A stretch of DNA of 64,000 bases from an uncultured cyanobacterium. Its GTDB lineage: Bacteria > Cyanobacteriota > Cyanobacteriia > PCC-9006 > JAAUQQ01. The position numbers and the translations under genes are program-made. Positions 60,543 to 64,000 of this stretch are shown here, piece after piece. The stretch lies in contig OY970368.1 of the NCBI GenBank assembly GCA_963718615.1, positions 1,184,001 to 1,248,000 of the forward strand. The letters are read 5' to 3'. The notes below the pieces were generated by a model that made no database searches, was not told the DNA's origin, and saw only the letters and a list, made by a program, of their open reading frames with translations. The first letter of the stretch is position 1, and every line of letters starts with the position of its first letter.

Positions 60543-62216
60543 ATGTACCTCTCCTTCTCTGTGTGGCAACGCCTGCGCAACCGCGAACTGACCTGCGACG
60601 AAGCCCTTGAGCTTTTGATCCATGAAGATGGTGAGGTCAACCTGCCGTTGCTGGATCAAGAAGTGAGCCATCGCTTCTTTCGAGAATTTCAAGAGCCTCA
60701 GCTCTTACCGCCGCTGATGCCTTTGTTGCTGTGGCAAAATTGTTACTATCTGGGCTGTCCGGTTCCTTTGCCCCCTGAGGCGATCGCCAGCCTCCAAACC
60801 CGTCTCCTGACTGAACTCAGAATCCTACCGATCTCTGACAAAAGCTATCGGGCTTGGTTCCATAGCCAAAATGCGGATTCCAGCAGCATTAACGCCCAGC
60901 CCCTGATCAATCCCCTCACTGGCGAAGCAGAGCAGGAGGATGTCGCCGAGGTCACGGAGATCTATTTGGCTCGGGCCGCTGATCAGATTGGGCGGCTTAA
61001 CACGATTATCTCGGGGGCCTTGCGGAACCGAGCGAGCGATATTCACCTGGAACCCACCCAGGAGGGGTTGCGGATTCGCTATCGCATTGATGGTGTTTTG
61101 CGTGATATCACCACCCTGACCAACGATGTGAGCCGCCGGGTGATTGCGGCACTCAAAGTCATGGCCGGTATGGACATTGCCGAAAGTCGTCGCCCCCAAG
61201 ATGGACGGATTGCCCAACAATACACGGCACAAACCGAAGCTCCCGTTGGACTGGATATGCGGGTGAGTACGTTACCCTGTATGGGCGGTGAGAAAGCCGT
61301 CATTCGGTTGTTGCCTCAACAAAATCCCTTTGACTCCCTCGATGATTTAGGCTTTGATCCTGATACCCTGGCGATTTACCAAAGCTGGTTGAGTCAGCCC
61401 CAGGGCATGGTGGTCTTAACCGGTCCCACGGGCTCCGGCAAAACCAGTACGCTTTATACGAGCTTGCAGGCGATCGCCCAAGAATCCGTGAACGTCGTGA
61501 CCGTCGAAGACCCGGTCGAATATGTCCTACCCCGCATCACCCAAACCCAGGTCCATGAAAAATCGGGAATGACCTTTGCGGCAGGGCTGCGGGCGATTTT
61601 GCGCCAGGATCCGGATGTGATTATGGTGGGGGAAGTTCGCGATCAATCCACTGCCGAAACCGCAGTGCGAGCCGCGCTCACGGGACATTTGGTCCTCACA
61701 ACTTTGCACACCAACAACGCGATTAGTACGATTCCCCGACTCAAGGACATTGGCCCCGATCCAGGTCTCCTGAGCGATGCTCTGCTGGGCATTGTTGGTC
61801 AGCGATTGGTGCGGCGGATTTGCCCCCACTGTTCCGCGCCTTACATGCCGACCGAGTGGGAGCTCAGAGCCTTGGGTCTAACTCCGGCCCAAGCCAACCT
61901 CAGTCAGTGGCGAAAGGGTCGGGGGTGTCAACGCTGTTTTAATTCTGGTTATTTAGGGCGAGAGGCGATCGTAGAAGTTCTGGATGTCAATGATGCCGTA
62001 CGGCGGCTGATTTATCGCGGTAGCCAGGAGGAGTTGCAAGACCATCTTTGTCGCACTGGATTTCATTCGTTTCGGGAATCTGCGATCGCCAAAGTCCTAA
62101 AGGGCAAAACCACAGCCTCTGAAATTTTTCGAGCATTGCCCCGCAGCGCCTTCGAGCAATCGGCCCTTGCGGCTGATTTGACTATTCCTAAACCCACAGT
62201 GCTGTTGCAGCTTTAA
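60543..62216 (+). CDS. GspE/PilB family secretion/pilus ATPase (PilB2-like)
   Basis: ASDIHLEP, PQDGR, GPTGSGKT, LRQDPD, TLHTN and the tetra-Cys motif CPHC...CQRC. Confidence 0.9.
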   Translation: MYLSFSVWQRLRNRELTCDEALELLIHEDGEVNLPLLDQEVSHRFFREFQEPQLLPPLMPLLLWQNCYYLGCPVPLPPEAIASLQTRLLTELRILPISDKSYRAWFHSQNADSSSINAQPLINPLTGEAEQEDVAEVTEIYLARAADQIGRLNTIISGALRNRASDIHLEPTQEGLRIRYRIDGVLRDITTLTNDVSRRVIAALKVMAGMDIAESRRPQDGRIAQQYTAQTEAPVGLDMRVSTLPCMGGEKAVIRLLPQQNPFDSLDDLGFDPDTLAIYQSWLSQPQGMVVLTGPTGSGKTSTLYTSLQAIAQESVNVVTVEDPVEYVLPRITQTQVHEKSGMTFAAGLRAILRQDPDVIMVGEVRDQSTAETAVRAALTGHLVLTTLHTNNAISTIPRLKDIGPDPGLLSDALLGIVGQRLVRRICPHCSAPYMPTEWELRALGLTPAQANLSQWRKGRGCQRCFNSGYLGREAIVEVLDVNDAVRRLIYRGSQEELQDHLCRTGFHSFRESAIAKVLKGKTTASEIFRALPRSAFEQSALAADLTIPKPTVLLQL

Positions 62217-62260
62217 ACCTAAGACTGTAGCCGATAAGCGACCAAATTTCAATACGAAAA

Positions 62261-62288
62261 GGGAGACAAGTGGAATGACTTGTCTCCC
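62261..62288. terminator. Hairpin between convergent genes
   Basis: GGGAGACAAGT-ggaatg-ACTTGTCTCCC with an A tract on the left. Confidence 0.7.
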
Positions 62289-62357
62289 CTCACTAACGGC
62301 TATTGGCGGGATTCAGAAGAAGTTATCTTGAATGGCAAAGAATGACAAAGGATTAGC

Positions 62358-62711
62358 TTAGTTACCCAGATCGCTCAAGGCGTCTTTAACCTGATCGATA
62401 ACGCTAACGGCTTCCTTTGAGTTTTCGGGTGTATTCATCTTTGACTGATCGGCTCCACCTTGAACTGCGTTAATCCCCCCTTTTGCACGCTCTTGTACTT
62501 CTTGCATACCGCGTGGACCTTCCTTGAGAACATCCTTAGATCGCTGCTCAATTTTATCTAGTTGAGCAATGCCTTCAGAGGGTTTGGCCTGAGAACTACC
62601 CATTGCAAAGGCAGGGGTCGCAGCTAGAAAAATCGTCAGGCAAAGACTAAACGTAATAATCAAGCGACGGATGATTTTGTGGGTGGGGGTGCCGAAGTGA
62701 AAATTAACCAT
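62358..62711 (-). CDS. Exported stress-protein-like hypothetical protein
   Basis: Signal peptide ending AFA; GGINAVQGGAD..KM.TPENS. Confidence 0.7.
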   Translation of the reverse strand: MVNFHFGTPTHKIIRRLIITFSLCLTIFLAATPAFAMGSSQAKPSEGIAQLDKIEQRSKDVLKEGPRGMQEVQERAKGGINAVQGGADQSKMNTPENSKEAVSVIDQVKDALSDLGN

Positions 62712-62805
62712 GATGGCTCTCCTTGGAAAATAGTAAATAAGTCAATAAAACAATGAGTTGTAACTCAATTGCTGGATGATCAACTGATGGTGGATGAGAA
62801 TCTTC

Positions 62806-63093
62806 CTAGGTTTTGAACTGATCGGTAGCACTTTCGAATGCAATTTGAAGACGTTTTATAGCGTCTTCCATGCCAGCGGTCAGTTCTTCCCAAGCATTAG
62901 CGCTAGAAGATTTGAAGGTTTCGAGTTTTTGGCTAGCCTCATCTCGTTGTTGACTCAGTTCTTCAAGCTTTTCGTGATAGGCAACTTGACTATTGGCTTG
63001 GGCTTGGCGTGCTTTTGCCTTTAGTTCATCAATCTGAGCGTTCAACTTTTCTAGCTGAGCCTCTGCTTTCTTTTGGTATCTTTCTTTCTCCAT
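62806..63093 (-). CDS. Coiled-coil stress-response protein (sll1863/CsbD-like)
   Basis: YQKKAEAQL..LNAQIDELKAKA...AWEELTAG. Confidence 0.75.
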   Translation of the reverse strand: MEKERYQKKAEAQLEKLNAQIDELKAKARQAQANSQVAYHEKLEELSQQRDEASQKLETFKSSSANAWEELTAGMEDAIKRLQIAFESATDQFKT

Positions 63094-63200
63094 CGGTTTC
63101 TTTATTGTTAGCAATATTCTCATCTAACCAAATATATTTCGACTTCACTTCGTTCTAAGGAGGTAATTATGCCTCTAATCTATGGTGTTTAATTTCAATC

Positions 63201-64000
63201 TTAAGAGGGATGGTTATCTAGTGCCTGATCTAAGTTAAGGGCCGCACTAATGAGCGCAAGGTGAGTAAAAACTTGGGGAAAATTTCCTAAGGCTTGACCA
63301 TCTGGGCGGATCTCTTCTGCAAAAAGACCTAAATGATTAGACAGGCCCAAAAACTTTTCAAAAATAACTTGAGCCTGTTGACAGTAACAATGATCATGGC
63401 GGCCAGCACGGGTTAGCGCCTCGACTAACCATAGCGTGCAAAGGCTAAACGTGCCTTCTTCGCCGTCTACACCGGTACCCGCTTGGGCCGTGTTGTGCCG
63501 ATAAACCATATCATTGGCACATAGGCCCCCTTCCTCCAAGGGCTTGAGAACGGTCTCAATCATCTTCAACATGCGGGGATCTTGAGGGGCCAGAAAAAAG
63601 ACTAAGGACATAATTAAGTTGCTGGCATCTAGGGTTTGACTACCGTAGGACTGAACAAAGGACTGTTGTGATTCATCCCAACCTTTTTCCATCACTTCGC
63701 GATATATCTGATCTCGGTTCTGCATCCAGCGATCGCGAGGGTGAGGAAACGATCGCTTCTCGGCCAAGCGCAGTCCTCGATCCAAAGCCACCCAACACAT
63801 CACTTTGGAATGGACAAACTGTTTCTTTTCGTCCCTCGGCTCCCAAATGCTTTGGTCGGGTCGATGCCAGTTATCACAAAGCCAGTTGAGCATGCGTTCA
63901 ATATATTGCCAAAAGGTATAGGAAATCGGTTCACCATGCTTATTGTGGAGATAAACGGCATCCACAAAGGCACCATAGATATCGAGCTGAAACTGCTGAT
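63201..64000 (-). CDS. GH15 glucoamylase/trehalase, C-terminal part (gene starts outside the window)
   Basis: QLDIYG, SIWE.R, HSKVMCWVALDR, EGTF..CTLW and GNFPQ.FTHL. Confidence 0.92.
   Translation of the reverse strand, partial: QQFQLDIYGAFVDAVYLHNKHGEPISYTFWQYIERMLNWLCDNWHRPDQSIWEPRDEKKQFVHSKVMCWVALDRGLRLAEKRSFPHPRDRWMQNRDQIYREVMEKGWDESQQSFVQSYGSQTLDASNLIMSLVFFLAPQDPRMLKMIETVLKPLEEGGLCANDMVYRHNTAQAGTGVDGEEGTFSLCTLWLVEALTRAGRHDHCYCQQAQVIFEKFLGLSNHLGLFAEEIRPDGQALGNFPQVFTHLALISAALNLDQALDNHPS

Overview
64 kb of a cyanobacterial chromosome, judged from very dense HIP1 octamers (GCGATCGC) and the genes psb27, nblB-like, bciB/cvrA-like and DUF4278. Most of it is housekeeping: rlmB-like fragment, mini-RNase III, STAS protein, carA, trpD, mscL, tRNA-Pro(CGG), dapB, pstSCAB with a Pho box, purA, futBC, serS-rseP-nth, ftsH, gspE/pilB-like. 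An accessory, partly decayed island of about 12 kb lies between dapB and pstB (about 25.7-37.8 kb). It carries a GH65 phosphorylase, a frameshifted beta-PGM, phosphoketolase, HPF plus a small eRF1-middle-domain-like protein, several gene remnants and an IS1595-like scar. The best candidates for undescribed biology are: (i) a two-gene operon at 53.1-53.9 kb with an 8-Cys protein and a double-glycine-leader, Pro/Cys-rich RiPP-like precursor; (ii) the HPF plus mini-eRF1-like pair as a possible ribosome-hibernation module; (iii) an Rpn-like/DUF4351 gene with a strong internal SD-ATG that could encode an intragenic antitoxin; (iv) an ATC-initiated STAS gene; (v) an ABC exporter with a degenerate HisKA-like tail. 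All family assignments come from motif recognition by eye. No database search was run.
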